A stretch of 48,297 nucleotides of DNA, from sequence record PV153712.1, one strand, 5' to 3'. Source of the DNA: Salmonella phage vB_GS156. Under the pieces are notes generated by a model. That model did no database searches. It worked only from the letters and a program-made list of their open reading frames with translations, and was not told where the DNA came from. Every line of letters begins with the position of its first letter. Positions within the stretch are counted from its first letter, which is position 1. The translations under genes were made by a program, and so were the position numbers. Of this stretch, positions 17,674 through 27,900 are shown piece after piece.

Positions 17674-18055
17674 ATTATCTGTTGCGGCAAGAATGGCTCT
17701 TGCTCAGGAATATGAAAGCGAATACAAGATCGCATATGAAAACGTTGAGTTTACGCCGCCTAAAGGTGGTGGCATTTGGCTTAAATATGATTACAAAGAA
17801 GCCGATACAATAATTCACGATCTAAAAAGAAAGTGCATTAGTTATATTGGTCTTGTTCAGATCGGAATTGAATTCCCGCCAGGCTCAGGAATTGATAAGG
17901 CTCGCAAGCTGGCAAAAAATATTGCTGATTTCTTTGAAGATGGTAAAATGCTTTCGAATGGCTATATTTCAGAGGGTGCAAAAGTGCATTCAGTTCAGAA
18001 ATCAGAATCAGGCTGGTTTTATCCAGTGCGTTTTTATGTTCGTTACGATGGTTAA
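17663..18055 (+). CDS. Tail terminator-like protein
   Basis: Position before tail tube, size. Confidence 0.6.
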   Translation: MHYELSVAARMALAQEYESEYKIAYENVEFTPPKGGGIWLKYDYKEADTIIHDLKRKCISYIGLVQIGIEFPPGSGIDKARKLAKNIADFFEDGKMLSNGYISEGAKVHSVQKSESGWFYPVRFYVRYDG

Positions 18056-18069
18056 TATAGGGGGCAATT

Positions 18070-18732
18070 ATGCACTTACCAAACGGATCACAAATTTTTA
18101 TTGAGAATACTCGCGGCAATGCCGTAAATGCAACAAACGTTAGCAATGCAACTAAACCGGAATTCACGCTTGAAAGCGGCGGTGATGCATTTCAGAAAGG
18201 TGATTACATTATTGTGACCGCCTCAAGTTGGGGGAAACTGCTTGATCGCGTTCTGCGTGTTACAGCAGCAGAAGCAACTAAGGTTACTGTTGAAGGTATC
18301 GACACCACTGATACTAACGTTTTTCCGGCTGGTAATGTTACCGCTAGCTTTGCAAAAATTAACGGCTGGACAGAGATCCCATGCGTTCAGGATTTAGGGC
18401 AGGACGGCGGCGAGCAGCAGTATTATAACTATCAGTGCTTGAGCGATGACCAGGAACAGCAATTGCCTACCTACAAAAGCGCTGTATCACTGACTTACAC
18501 ATTTGCGCATGAATACGATAACCCGATTTATCCGCTATTGCGTAAGGCTGACGAATCCGGCGACGTTAAAGCGTTGCGCATGTATGTGCCTAAAGCTAAA
18601 GAAATGCGCCTTTGGGCTGGAGTTCTTTCCTTCAATGAGATCCCACAAACAGCGGTAAACGAAATGGAAACTGTTTCTTTGTCGGTATCCCTGAAAGGTC
18701 GATTCACTTTCTTACCTGCTAGCCAGGATTAA
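18070..18732 (+). CDS. Major tail (tube) protein
   Basis: Position before G/GT; tube-like sequence. Confidence 0.8.
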   Translation: MHLPNGSQIFIENTRGNAVNATNVSNATKPEFTLESGGDAFQKGDYIIVTASSWGKLLDRVLRVTAAEATKVTVEGIDTTDTNVFPAGNVTASFAKINGWTEIPCVQDLGQDGGEQQYYNYQCLSDDQEQQLPTYKSAVSLTYTFAHEYDNPIYPLLRKADESGDVKALRMYVPKAKEMRLWAGVLSFNEIPQTAVNEMETVSLSVSLKGRFTFLPASQD

Positions 18733-18736
18733 TATA

Positions 18737-18762
18737 AAGGGGCGCATTGCGTCCCTTTTTTA
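18737..18762 (+). terminator. Terminator after tail tube gene
   Basis: AAAGGGGCGCATTGCGTCCCTTTTTT. Confidence 0.8.
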
Positions 18763-18775
18763 TTTGATGTAATAT
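18747..18775 (+). promoter_or_regulatory. Promoter-like TTGCGT-N17-TAATAT embedded in terminator
   Basis: -35 in hairpin, -10 after T-tract. Confidence 0.45.
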
Positions 18776-18808
18776 CACCTCAATATTTACCACTCAGGAG
18801 AAACAACA

Positions 18809-19123
18809 ATGGCTAAAATGAAATTGACTCTTGCCCCGCTTCCTAATTTTAAACTCCCTGTTAAATTCGTACTTCCTGATGGAAACGAACAACAGATCGT
18901 ATTTACCGTGATGCACAAGAAAGCAAGCGAGATTCAAGAGCTTTACCAGAAGGAAGGAATTAAAGATCCTGAATTCATCATGAATGTTGCTTCCGGTTGG
19001 GATCTGGAAGAAGAATTCAACGAAGAAAACGCGCAACTGTTAGTTGATTATTATCCTGGTGCGGCGCTGGCTCTTATGGGATCTTATTTAAGTGCGCTAG
19101 CAGGGCAACGCGTAAAAAACTAA
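18809..19123 (+). CDS. Tail assembly chaperone, gpG-like
   Basis: Position, size, and slippery heptamer at 3' end. Confidence 0.85.
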   Translation: MAKMKLTLAPLPNFKLPVKFVLPDGNEQQIVFTVMHKKASEIQELYQKEGIKDPEFIMNVASGWDLEEEFNEENAQLLVDYYPGAALALMGSYLSALAGQRVKN

Positions 19124-19440
19124 AAAGGGCGGTTTATCTGTATTACCAGAAACCGCCAACAGATGCAGAATTGCAAGCAGTAGGATTAACCCGCGCAGAC
19201 TATGAGGGAGAAGATCCACCAGAGGTTATATTTGATGAAAGCATGATGCAATCATGGGATATATTTTGCGCTATGGGTACTCAGTGGCGCAGTGCTGGCG
19301 CGGGTGCTTACGGTTTTGATTATAATGTTTTGCCTATGTTATTCAGAATCTATAAAATAGACGATGAAGAAATGGCCTTAAATGACTTGCGCATCATGGA
19401 ACAGAAAGCACTTGAAATGATGCATGCAAATAACAAATAA
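18809..19440 (+). CDS. gpGT-like fusion (about 210 aa) made by -1 frameshift at 19114-19120; T part DUF1799-like
   Basis: A AAA AAC in zero frame, GGCGGTTT/AAACCGCC stem 7 nt downstream; -1 frame open to 19440. Confidence 0.88.
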
Positions 19441-19462
19441 AGCGCCTACGGGCGCTTTTTTT
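19440..19462 (+). terminator. Terminator before tape measure gene
   Basis: AAGCGCCTACGGGCGCTTTTTTT. Confidence 0.8.
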
Positions 19463-19476
19463 ATGAGGGTAAATAT

Positions 19477-22386
19477 ATGGCTGAACAATTTGCAGGTTTA
19501 ACACTTGGCGTTAACGTCGAGCAGTTAAACAAGGCTGTAAAGTCATTGCAGGATTTTAAAAAAGCAAATGACGAAGCAAAGAAAGGCGTTGAGAGCTTTG
19601 TTAATGAGGAAGAAGTTGCAAAGCAAAAGGCTAAACAATTAGCTGATGAACTGGCGAAACAGAGCCGTGAATTTAAGCGCATTCAGGATACTGTTGATCC
19701 GACAGCGGCAAAAATGCGCAAGCTATCTCAGGCGGCTAGTGATCTTGATAAGCTATGGCAAAAGGGCATTGTACCTGATGAAACGTTTTTCCAGTTGGGG
19801 AGTATGCTGGAAACTCAGATCGGAAAGCTGGAGCGAAACAAGAAAGCGCTAACGGAAGAAGGCCGCGCAGCACTGGAAGAATCGCGAGCCAAAGAAAAAG
19901 CGGCGGCAGCGGGAAAGAGCTTCCTTGCGGATCTTGAATCACAAGCGGCAGCGCTTGGGAAAACAAAGGCCGAATTGCTGGAAATGAAAGCCGCGCAACT
20001 TGGCGTAAGTGCTCAGGCCGCGCCATTTATTGCACAGCTTAAATCTCAAGAGCGCCAAATGAAGTTAACCGGAATTAGCGCGGGTCAGTACAAGCAAGCT
20101 ATGGCGCAACTTCCGGCTCAGATTACTGACGTTGTAACGTCGCTCGCTTCCGGTATGCCTGTATGGTTGGTTGCTATTCAGCAGGGCGGGCAGATTAAAG
20201 ATTCATTTGGCGGCGTTGGTAACACGTTCAAAGCGTTGCTTTCATTCCTTAATCCGGTAAACGTTGGTCTTGCGGCGTTGGCCTTGTCTCTTGGCGCTGT
20301 TGTTAAGGCTGGTTATGATGCGTATAAATCGCAGCGTGACTTGCAAGAGGCGTTAGTGATGACTGGTGGATATGCTGGCACTAATGGCGCACAGTTTGAG
20401 AAAATGGCGCAGGACATTAATAACAGCACTGATGCTACTATAGGAAATATTCGCGGCATAGCTACAGAGTTAGCAAAATCTGGCAAATACACCATTGATC
20501 AGATTAAAGCCATTACGAAAACTACCGCTCAGTGGTCAACGGTAACAGGTGAATCAAGCGACAAGATAACTGATTATTTTAATAAGATTGCTGGCGATCC
20601 GGTTAAAGGTCTTGCTGAATTAAATGAGCAGTTTAATTTTCTTAGCGAAGGTCAATTAACCTACATTGCAGATCTTGAGAAAACCAAAGGCAAAACGGAA
20701 GCGGTAACGGCGGCAACAAAGCTATTTGCTGATGTTATGGATCAGCGTCTTGCTAAACTGGCAGATTCAGCAACGCCATTAGAAAAGATGTGGACGAACA
20801 TTAAAAAATGGGCGTCAGATGCATGGGGTTGGGTTGGTGATCACACACTGGCGGCGCTAAACCTGATTATTGACGTTGTGGCTGGTACGGTTGAGCGGGT
20901 TAGATATTTGCTTAATCAGGGTGATATTCTCATTGGTGAATTTATTGTATCGGCAACTAAAACGATGCAAAAAATCCCAGGTCTTGATAATGTTGGCGAT
21001 TCTGTAATTGCACAGCAACAGAAGATCATTAATAACGCTAAGGAGAACAACAAAGAGCTATTGCAATCAATTGCTGAACGTAACGAGCGCGTCAAAAAAG
21101 GCGAGCAGGGTTACATTGATATGATGAAAAATCGTGCGGCGGTTGAACAGCAATATGCAACAAAGACAAAGGAGAATATCAGGAAAGAGGCCGAAGAATT
21201 AGCAAAACGCGACAAGGTAACTAAAGCGTCAAAAGCTAAGGTATCGGCTGGCGATAAACTGGAAGAACAATATCAGCGTGATATCCTGGCGTTAGAAACT
21301 CAATTAAGGGTTTTAAAAGAGCACAAGACGATCACAGATACGATAAGCCAGCAACGTAAATCTTTATGGGCTGAACAAGCTAAAATTCAGATTCTTGAGG
21401 AAGCGGCAAAGAAACGCGTTCTTACTGATGAAGAAAAAAGCGTGTTAGCAAATAAAGATAAGATCTTAGCAATGGCTGAACAAAAGGCTATTTTAGGAGA
21501 TCAGATTGTTGCTCAAACGCGACTGAATAATTTGCAAGATAGCTCAATCAAATTTATTCAGCAGCAGAAAGCAGCGACGGAAGCGTTAGCCAAAACCAGA
21601 GCATTAAGCGACAGGGAAGCGGCAAGGGCAGCAGAAAGAGCTAAGGTTGAATCTGATTATCTTGCCAAAGGTGGACAGTTAGAAGATCCGCAACTTAAAG
21701 CAATGATGGATGCATTGGACAACCGCTATAAAGAGGAAGATGCGAAACGTGCTGATTGGTTATCTGGTGCTAAGAATGCCTTTGCGGAGTACGGCGAAGA
21801 AGCAATGAACATGTATGATAATATCGGCAACATTGCGAGCCAGGCGTTAAACGGCCTATCGCAACAAATGGCTGATTTTTTGACTACTGGACAAGCCAAC
21901 TTCAAAGACTTTGCAAAATCAATCATTAGCCTGATTGTTCAGATGATCACTAAGATGGTTATTTTCAATAGCATTTCCGGCATGATGGGCGGTAGCACCT
22001 GGACAATGGGAAGCCTTTTAAGTGGCGCGGGTTTTGCTCGCGGCGGTTACACTGGCGACGGTGGCAAATATGATCCGGCTGGCATTGTTCATAAGGGTGA
22101 GTTTGTTTTCACTAAAGAAGCAACGCAACGAATCGGCGCTAAAAACTTGTATCGCATGATGCGAGGTTATGCAAACGGCGGTCAAGTTGGAAGCGTTACA
22201 ACTGGCGGCGGCGGTATTAATCGCGGCGCCTCCCAATTTTCATTTGGTGATATTGTTGTTAGTATTGACAACGGTCAAGATCCAAAAGGGATGGAAACCG
22301 GAATAAAAATGATTTTCACCGAAATGATTCAACGGTCTTGCTCGCAAGGTGGAGAGGTTTACAACTTTGTTAATGGGAGAGCTTAA
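19477..22386 (+). CDS. Tail tape measure protein
   Basis: 969 aa, long helical/coiled coil, hydrophobic segments, position. Confidence 0.93.
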   Translation: MAEQFAGLTLGVNVEQLNKAVKSLQDFKKANDEAKKGVESFVNEEEVAKQKAKQLADELAKQSREFKRIQDTVDPTAAKMRKLSQAASDLDKLWQKGIVPDETFFQLGSMLETQIGKLERNKKALTEEGRAALEESRAKEKAAAAGKSFLADLESQAAALGKTKAELLEMKAAQLGVSAQAAPFIAQLKSQERQMKLTGISAGQYKQAMAQLPAQITDVVTSLASGMPVWLVAIQQGGQIKDSFGGVGNTFKALLSFLNPVNVGLAALALSLGAVVKAGYDAYKSQRDLQEALVMTGGYAGTNGAQFEKMAQDINNSTDATIGNIRGIATELAKSGKYTIDQIKAITKTTAQWSTVTGESSDKITDYFNKIAGDPVKGLAELNEQFNFLSEGQLTYIADLEKTKGKTEAVTAATKLFADVMDQRLAKLADSATPLEKMWTNIKKWASDAWGWVGDHTLAALNLIIDVVAGTVERVRYLLNQGDILIGEFIVSATKTMQKIPGLDNVGDSVIAQQQKIINNAKENNKELLQSIAERNERVKKGEQGYIDMMKNRAAVEQQYATKTKENIRKEAEELAKRDKVTKASKAKVSAGDKLEEQYQRDILALETQLRVLKEHKTITDTISQQRKSLWAEQAKIQILEEAAKKRVLTDEEKSVLANKDKILAMAEQKAILGDQIVAQTRLNNLQDSSIKFIQQQKAATEALAKTRALSDREAARAAERAKVESDYLAKGGQLEDPQLKAMMDALDNRYKEEDAKRADWLSGAKNAFAEYGEEAMNMYDNIGNIASQALNGLSQQMADFLTTGQANFKDFAKSIISLIVQMITKMVIFNSISGMMGGSTWTMGSLLSGAGFARGGYTGDGGKYDPAGIVHKGEFVFTKEATQRIGAKNLYRMMRGYANGGQVGSVTTGGGGINRGASQFSFGDIVVSIDNGQDPKGMETGIKMIFTEMIQRSCSQGGEVYNFVNGRA

Positions 22387-22733
22387 TGTTAGATGAATTT
22401 ACATGGTGTACGCAGATTCAGAGCGGCGGCGGCACAATGACAACTACCAACAACGACAGGGAAGTTGTTTTTGGTAATGGATACCGCCAAAAGGCATCAT
22501 CTGGATTTAATACTGAAAGAAGGGAATTTTCTATTGTGTATGTTGGTTCTGATTATAAAGAAGTGAAAACATTCATGACGGATCACAGATTAAAGCCTTT
22601 CTTGTGGAGAATGCCGGATGGTAATTTAGGGTTGTTTACCGTTAAGGCCGGAAGCGTAGGGCTAACGCCAATTAGCCCGACCGCTCAGGAAGTCAAAGCA
22701 ACTTTCACAGAGGAATTTACTTCCATGCGATAA
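22386..22733 (+). CDS. Minor tail protein, lambda gpM-like
   Basis: Size, position, RREFSIVY...FLWRMPDG. Confidence 0.8.
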   Translation: MLDEFTWCTQIQSGGGTMTTTNNDREVVFGNGYRQKASSGFNTERREFSIVYVGSDYKEVKTFMTDHRLKPFLWRMPDGNLGLFTVKAGSVGLTPISPTAQEVKATFTEEFTSMR

Positions 22734-22736
22734 ATC

Positions 22737-22763
22737 AAAGCCGCCATTGTGCGGCTTTTTTAT
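22737..22763 (+). terminator. Terminator after gpM-like gene
   Basis: AAAGCCGCCATTGTGCGGCTTTTTT. Confidence 0.85.
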
Positions 22764-22775
22764 TGTGTCTATAAT
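22747..22775 (+). promoter_or_regulatory. Promoter-like TTGTGC-N17-TATAAT embedded in terminator
   Basis: Directly read. Confidence 0.55.
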
Positions 22776-22800
22776 GGTGCTTTATTGGAGGGCATAGAAT

Positions 22801-23559
22801 ATGGCTGAAAAACAGATCAAAAAGACTTTTGAAAATTGTCTGCAATCGCTTTTTCCTGGTGAAATTATTACTCTTGTTGAGGTTGACGGTACGAAATTTG
22901 GAGCGCAGGTTTACAGATTTCACGCAGAGAATATTGCTTACACGCCAGAGGAATTAATGCAAGCGCGTGAAACTGGAGTATTGCCGCCGAAAGATATTAA
23001 ATTCCGTGGTGAGGTTTACGGGGCGCGGCCTTTTGGGATTACCGGAATTGGATTCACCAGTAACGGCAAAGCAGAAAAACCACAATTAGCGCTTTCAAAT
23101 TTAGATAGCCGTGTATCAGCATTAATCAGATCATATAATGGCATGATGCAAGCTAAAGTTACAATTTGGGTAACATCGGCTGATTTAATTGATGATGAAG
23201 GTAATGTGGAGGACGGCGCATATAGAAAGCTGGTTTATTATATTGAGCGTCCTAATTTTGTTAATCAGACAGTTGCGCGTTTTGAATTAACATCGCCTTA
23301 TGATATGGATGGAATTATGATCCCGCCACGATTAACGCAAAGCGTTTGTTATTGGGCGCAAAGGGGATGGTATAGAAGCGGCAAAGGTTGCGGATATAAC
23401 GGATCTGCAATGTTCGATAAAGATAATAATCCGGTAACAGAACCGAGTAAGGATTATTGCGCGGGAACCGTAACGGCTTGTAAGTTGCGCTTTGGTGCTC
23501 AGAATGAATTAGATTTTGGCGGTTGTGCCGTCGCTTCACTGTTGAGGAAGAATCAATGA
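22801..23559 (+). CDS. Minor tail protein, lambda gpL-like
   Basis: Cys-rich C-terminus (CGYNGSAMF...YCAGTVTACKLRFG...FGG), position. Confidence 0.88.
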   Translation: MAEKQIKKTFENCLQSLFPGEIITLVEVDGTKFGAQVYRFHAENIAYTPEELMQARETGVLPPKDIKFRGEVYGARPFGITGIGFTSNGKAEKPQLALSNLDSRVSALIRSYNGMMQAKVTIWVTSADLIDDEGNVEDGAYRKLVYYIERPNFVNQTVARFELTSPYDMDGIMIPPRLTQSVCYWAQRGWYRSGKGCGYNGSAMFDKDNNPVTEPSKDYCAGTVTACKLRFGAQNELDFGGCAVASLLRKNQ

Positions 23560-24278
23560 TTAATGCAAAAATTAAACTTGAAATCATGCGTCATGCCAAT
23601 GACGTTTATCCTAATGAATGTTGTGGTCTGGTAACTCAAAAATCACGCGTTCAGAAATATCACCGGATTGATAACGTTAGCAGTGAGCCGGAAAAGCATT
23701 TTGAAATGGACGCGATCCAATATGCAGAGGTTGAGGATAGCGGCGCGGATATTATCGCCATAGTTCACAGCCACACAGGGGAAGGGGCAACCACAATCCC
23801 TAGCGCACACGATTTATGCATGTGCGATGAAACTGGTGTTTCATGGATTATCGTGTCTATTCCAGAGGGTGACATGCGAATTATAGAGCCTGAATCACGG
23901 CCTTTGATTGGTCGCCCCTGGTCGCTTGGCGCTTATGATTGTTGGGGGCTGATTATTGCCTGGCATAAAGAGCAAGGCGTGATCTTGAATGATTTCCGAA
24001 AGCCTTATGAATGGTGGAAGCCTGAATTTGGTGAAAACCTGTATCAAGATAATTATTTGAAAGAGGGTTTTGTTGAAACTGGCGAGCCACCAAAACGCGG
24101 CGATATGATCATAATGCAGCTTCAAGCGCCAGTTTGGAACCATTCTGGAATTTACTTAGGCAATAACCAACTGTTACATCATGCTTTTGGCAAGTTGTCG
24201 CGAGTGGATTTATATTCCGGTTGGTATCAGGAACACACAACAATGATTTGCAGACATAAGGATCTGAAAAATGAATAA
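23556..24278 (+). CDS. Tail tip protein gpK-like (JAB/MPN + NlpC/P60)
   Basis: IVHSHTGEGATTIPSAHDL (JAMM-like) and YDCWGLI...HSGIYLGNNQLLHH. Confidence 0.9.
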   Translation: MINAKIKLEIMRHANDVYPNECCGLVTQKSRVQKYHRIDNVSSEPEKHFEMDAIQYAEVEDSGADIIAIVHSHTGEGATTIPSAHDLCMCDETGVSWIIVSIPEGDMRIIEPESRPLIGRPWSLGAYDCWGLIIAWHKEQGVILNDFRKPYEWWKPEFGENLYQDNYLKEGFVETGEPPKRGDMIIMQLQAPVWNHSGIYLGNNQLLHHAFGKLSRVDLYSGWYQEHTTMICRHKDLKNE

Positions 24279-24870
24279 TGTGATTAACGTAAAATTATCC
24301 GGCTCTTTAGGTCGCCGCTTTGGTGTTTTCCATAAATATGCTGTTGATAGTTGGCCTGAATGCGTAAGGGCGCTATCAAGCCAGGTTGAAGGGTTTAAGG
24401 AATTCATGCAAAGTGAAATCGGATCAAAGATGAAATTTGCAATTTTCGTTGATGGTAAAAATGTTGGCTTGAATAATGATAGCGCTTGGCATTGTGCTCG
24501 CGAGGTTCGAATTGTTCCAATTCCAACAGGTTCAAAATCTGGAGGTTTATTTCAGGTTGTATTGGGCGCGGCGATTATGGTTACTGCTTTCTTTACTGGT
24601 GGCGCATCGCTGGCGGCTATGGGCGCGTTTTCATCGGCTGCATTTATGATGGGTGGTGCAATGACTCTTGGCGGTGTGATGCAGATGATTAGCCCACAAC
24701 AAGGGGGAATGAGAATGGAAAGCCAGAGCGCAGCTAACAAGCCGTCTTATGCGTTTGGCGGTGCTGTTAATACCACGGCGGCAGGTTATCCGGTTCCGTT
24801 GCCTTATGGTTATAGAACGGTTGGCGGCGCTATATTTAGTGCTGGCTCATACGCAGAAGATAAACTCTAA
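24271..24870 (+). CDS. Tail assembly protein gpI-like
   Basis: Gly/Ala-rich hydrophobic centre, order K-I-J. Confidence 0.85.
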   Translation: MNNVINVKLSGSLGRRFGVFHKYAVDSWPECVRALSSQVEGFKEFMQSEIGSKMKFAIFVDGKNVGLNNDSAWHCAREVRIVPIPTGSKSGGLFQVVLGAAIMVTAFFTGGASLAAMGAFSSAAFMMGGAMTLGGVMQMISPQQGGMRMESQSAANKPSYAFGGAVNTTAAGYPVPLPYGYRTVGGAIFSAGSYAEDKL

Positions 24871-24877
24871 TTATATT

Positions 24878-24901
24878 AACCCGCCGTTGCGCGGGTTTTT
24901 T
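24878..24901 (+). terminator. Terminator after gpI-like gene
   Basis: AACCCGCCGTTGCGCGGGTTTTTT. Confidence 0.85.
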
Positions 24902-24944
24902 GTTACATGTACAATGACAGCACGTTAAATAGCACGAAAGGTTA
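24887..24944 (+). promoter_or_regulatory. Promoter-like TTGCGC-N17-TACAAT (24887-24915) plus operator variant TAGCACGAAAGGTTA (24930-24944)
   Basis: Directly read; operator variant just upstream of gpJ-like start. Confidence 0.45.
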
Positions 24945-24950
24945 AACGCT

Positions 24951-27900
24951 ATGGTTAAAAATATGATAACTGGCAGTAAGGGCGGTTCATCTAAACCGCA
25001 TACACCTGTTGAAATGGAAGATAACTTGATTTCAATTAACAGGATCAGAATTCTTTTAGCTGTTTCTGATGGTGAAGTTGATCCAGACTTTTCATTGAAA
25101 GATTTATATTTTGATGACGTTCCGGTTATGAATCAGGACGGGTCACTAAACTTTCAGAATGTTAAAGCTGAATTCAGACCAGGCTCACAAACGCAAGATT
25201 ATATTCAGGGATTCACTGACACGGCGAGTGAGATTACTGTTGCTCGCGATCTTACGGCTGCAACTCCTTATATTATTTCCGTGACTAATAAAAACCTTTC
25301 CGCGATCCGTATTAAAATTTTAATGCCGCGAGGGTTTACACAGGAGGATAACGGAGATTTAACAGGCGTTCGCGTTGAATACGCCGTTGATATGGCTATT
25401 GATGGTGCTGAATATAACGAGGTTTTGCATGATGTGATCGAAGGTAAAACAATGAGCGGTTACGACAGAAGCCGCCGAATTGATTTACCCGCATTCAATG
25501 AGCGTGTTTTATTGCGTGTTCGTCGCCTGACAGATAGCACGTCAGCAAGGGTTACGGATTTGATTAAGATGCAGAGCTACGCAGAAGTAGTAGACGCTAA
25601 GTTTCGTTATCCCATGACTGGTTTAGTTTACGTTGAGTTTGACAGTGAATTATTCCCTAATGCTTTGCCGAATATCAGCATTAAAAAGAAATGGAAAATC
25701 ATTAATGTTCCGTCTAATTACGATCCGATTAGCCGCACATATTCAGGCTCTTGGGATGGAACTTGGAAAAAGGCATGGAGCAATAACCCTGCTTTTGTTC
25801 TGTATGATTTAATCACCAATCAGCGTTACGGACTCGACCAACGCGAATTAGGCATTGCGCTTGATAAGTGGAGTATTTACGAATGTGCGCAATATTGCGA
25901 TCAGATGGTTCCAGATGGCAAGGGTGGAACAGAGCCGCGCTATCTATGCGACGTTGTGATCCAGAGTCAAGTAGAGGCTTATCAGCTTGTTCGTGATATT
26001 TGCTCAATCTTCCGAGGAATGAGTTTTTGGAATGGTGAGAGCCTTTCAATCGTAATCGACAAGCCGCGCGATCCGTCATACATCTTTACTAATGACAACG
26101 TGGTTAATGGTGAATTTACTTACACGTTTGCCAGCGAAAAGAGCATGTATACACAATGCAACGTGACTTTCGACGACGAACAAAACATGTATCAACAGGA
26201 CGTTGAAGGAGTTTTTGAAACAGAGGCTGCGTTACGTTTTGGATATAACAGCACGTCAATAACTGCCATTGGATGCACCCGACGCAGTGAGGCTAATCGC
26301 CGTGGTCGCTGGATTCTAAAAACCAACGTTAAGAGCACAACAGTAAACTTTGCTACTGGCCTGGAAGGTATGATCCCAACGGTAGGCGATGTAATTGTTG
26401 TTTCGGATAACTTCTGGTCAAGCGCCTTAACGCTGAATCTATCAGGTCGCTTGATGGAGGTTAGCGGGTTGCAGGTGTTCACGCCGTTTAAGGTAGACGC
26501 AAGAGCAGGTGATCGCATTCTGGTAAATAAGCCGGATGGTAAGCCAGTTGGTAGAACCATTGCGCGTGTGAGCGATGACGGCAAAACGCTAACGCTAAAC
26601 ACAACGTTTGGCTTTGACGTTCATCCTGACACCATTTTTGCAATCGAAAGAACGGATATTGCACAGCAACGCTATGTTGTAACCGGAATCACTAAAGGTG
26701 ATGGTGATGAAGAATTTACCTACAACATAACGGCTGTTGAATACGATCCGAATAAATACGATGAAATTGATTATGGTGTAAACATTGATGACCGTCCGAC
26801 TTCAATCGTGCAGCCTGACGTATTGCCAGCACCTGAAAACGTCAAGATCGAATCTTATTCGCGAGTTGTTCAGGGCGCGAGCGTGGAAACAATGCACGTT
26901 TCATGGGATAAAGTTGAATACGCAAGTCTGTATGAAATGCAGTGGCGAAAAGACAATGGCAACTGGAACAATACGCCGCGAACCGCGAACAAGGAAACGG
27001 AAGTTGAAGGTATTTATGCGGGTAACTATCACGTCAGGGTTAGATCTGTTGCATCAAATGGTTCTGCTTCAGGATGGTCTAAGATCGTAAGTGCAGAATT
27101 AACAGGTAAAGTTGGGGAACCTGAAAAGCCTATTAATTTGACGGCTTCCGATGATGAGGTATTTGGTATTCGCGTGAAATGGGGTATGCCGGAAGGAAGT
27201 GGAGATACTGCTTACATAGAGTTACACCAGGCGCCAAATGGTGCTGATGGTCATCCACTTGTTGATCAAGCTACGCTATTAACGCTTGTTCCATTCCCTC
27301 AATATGAATACTGGCATTCAATACTGCCAGCGGGTCATGTTGTATGGTACAAGGCAAGGTCAGTAGATAAAATCGGTAACGTGTCTGATTGGACTGATTT
27401 TGTACGAGGAATGGCATCAACTGACACAAGCATTATCACAGATCACATTAAGGTTGATATTGAAAATTCGGAGGGATACAAATGGCTTGAAGAGAACGCT
27501 ATTAAATCAAACGATAAGATCCACAGTGCAGCAGAATCAATCATTCAGAATGCGTTAGCGAATGATACTGATGTTAGACGTATGCGAGTAGAGAACGGCA
27601 AGCGCAAAGCTGAATTCTTGCAGTCTCTAAAACTGATTGCAGATGAAACGGAAGCGCGAGTAACCGCAATCACTCAATTAAATGCACAATTTGACGAGAA
27701 ATTAACGGCTCAAAATAGCGAATTGAGAGAGGTAATTGCTAACAGCACAGAAACCCTTAGCCAGCAGATTAATCAGCTTACAGCTACGTTTGAGGGTGAG
27801 ATTAACGGCGTTAAGCAGGATGTAACGGCAAAAATCACGGAAGTTAATAAAGCAATCACCAATGAAGCTGAGGCGAGAGCTTCAGCAGATCAGGCGTTAT

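Noticed and set aside
19171-19440. Independent TTG-started 89-aa gene as in the ORF track
   Set aside because: Better explained as the T domain reached by -1 frameshifting from gpG-like gene; no RBS at 19171.
25813-26602. Antisense ORFs within the gpJ-like gene
   Set aside because: Fully contained in a conserved tail gene, no regulatory signals.
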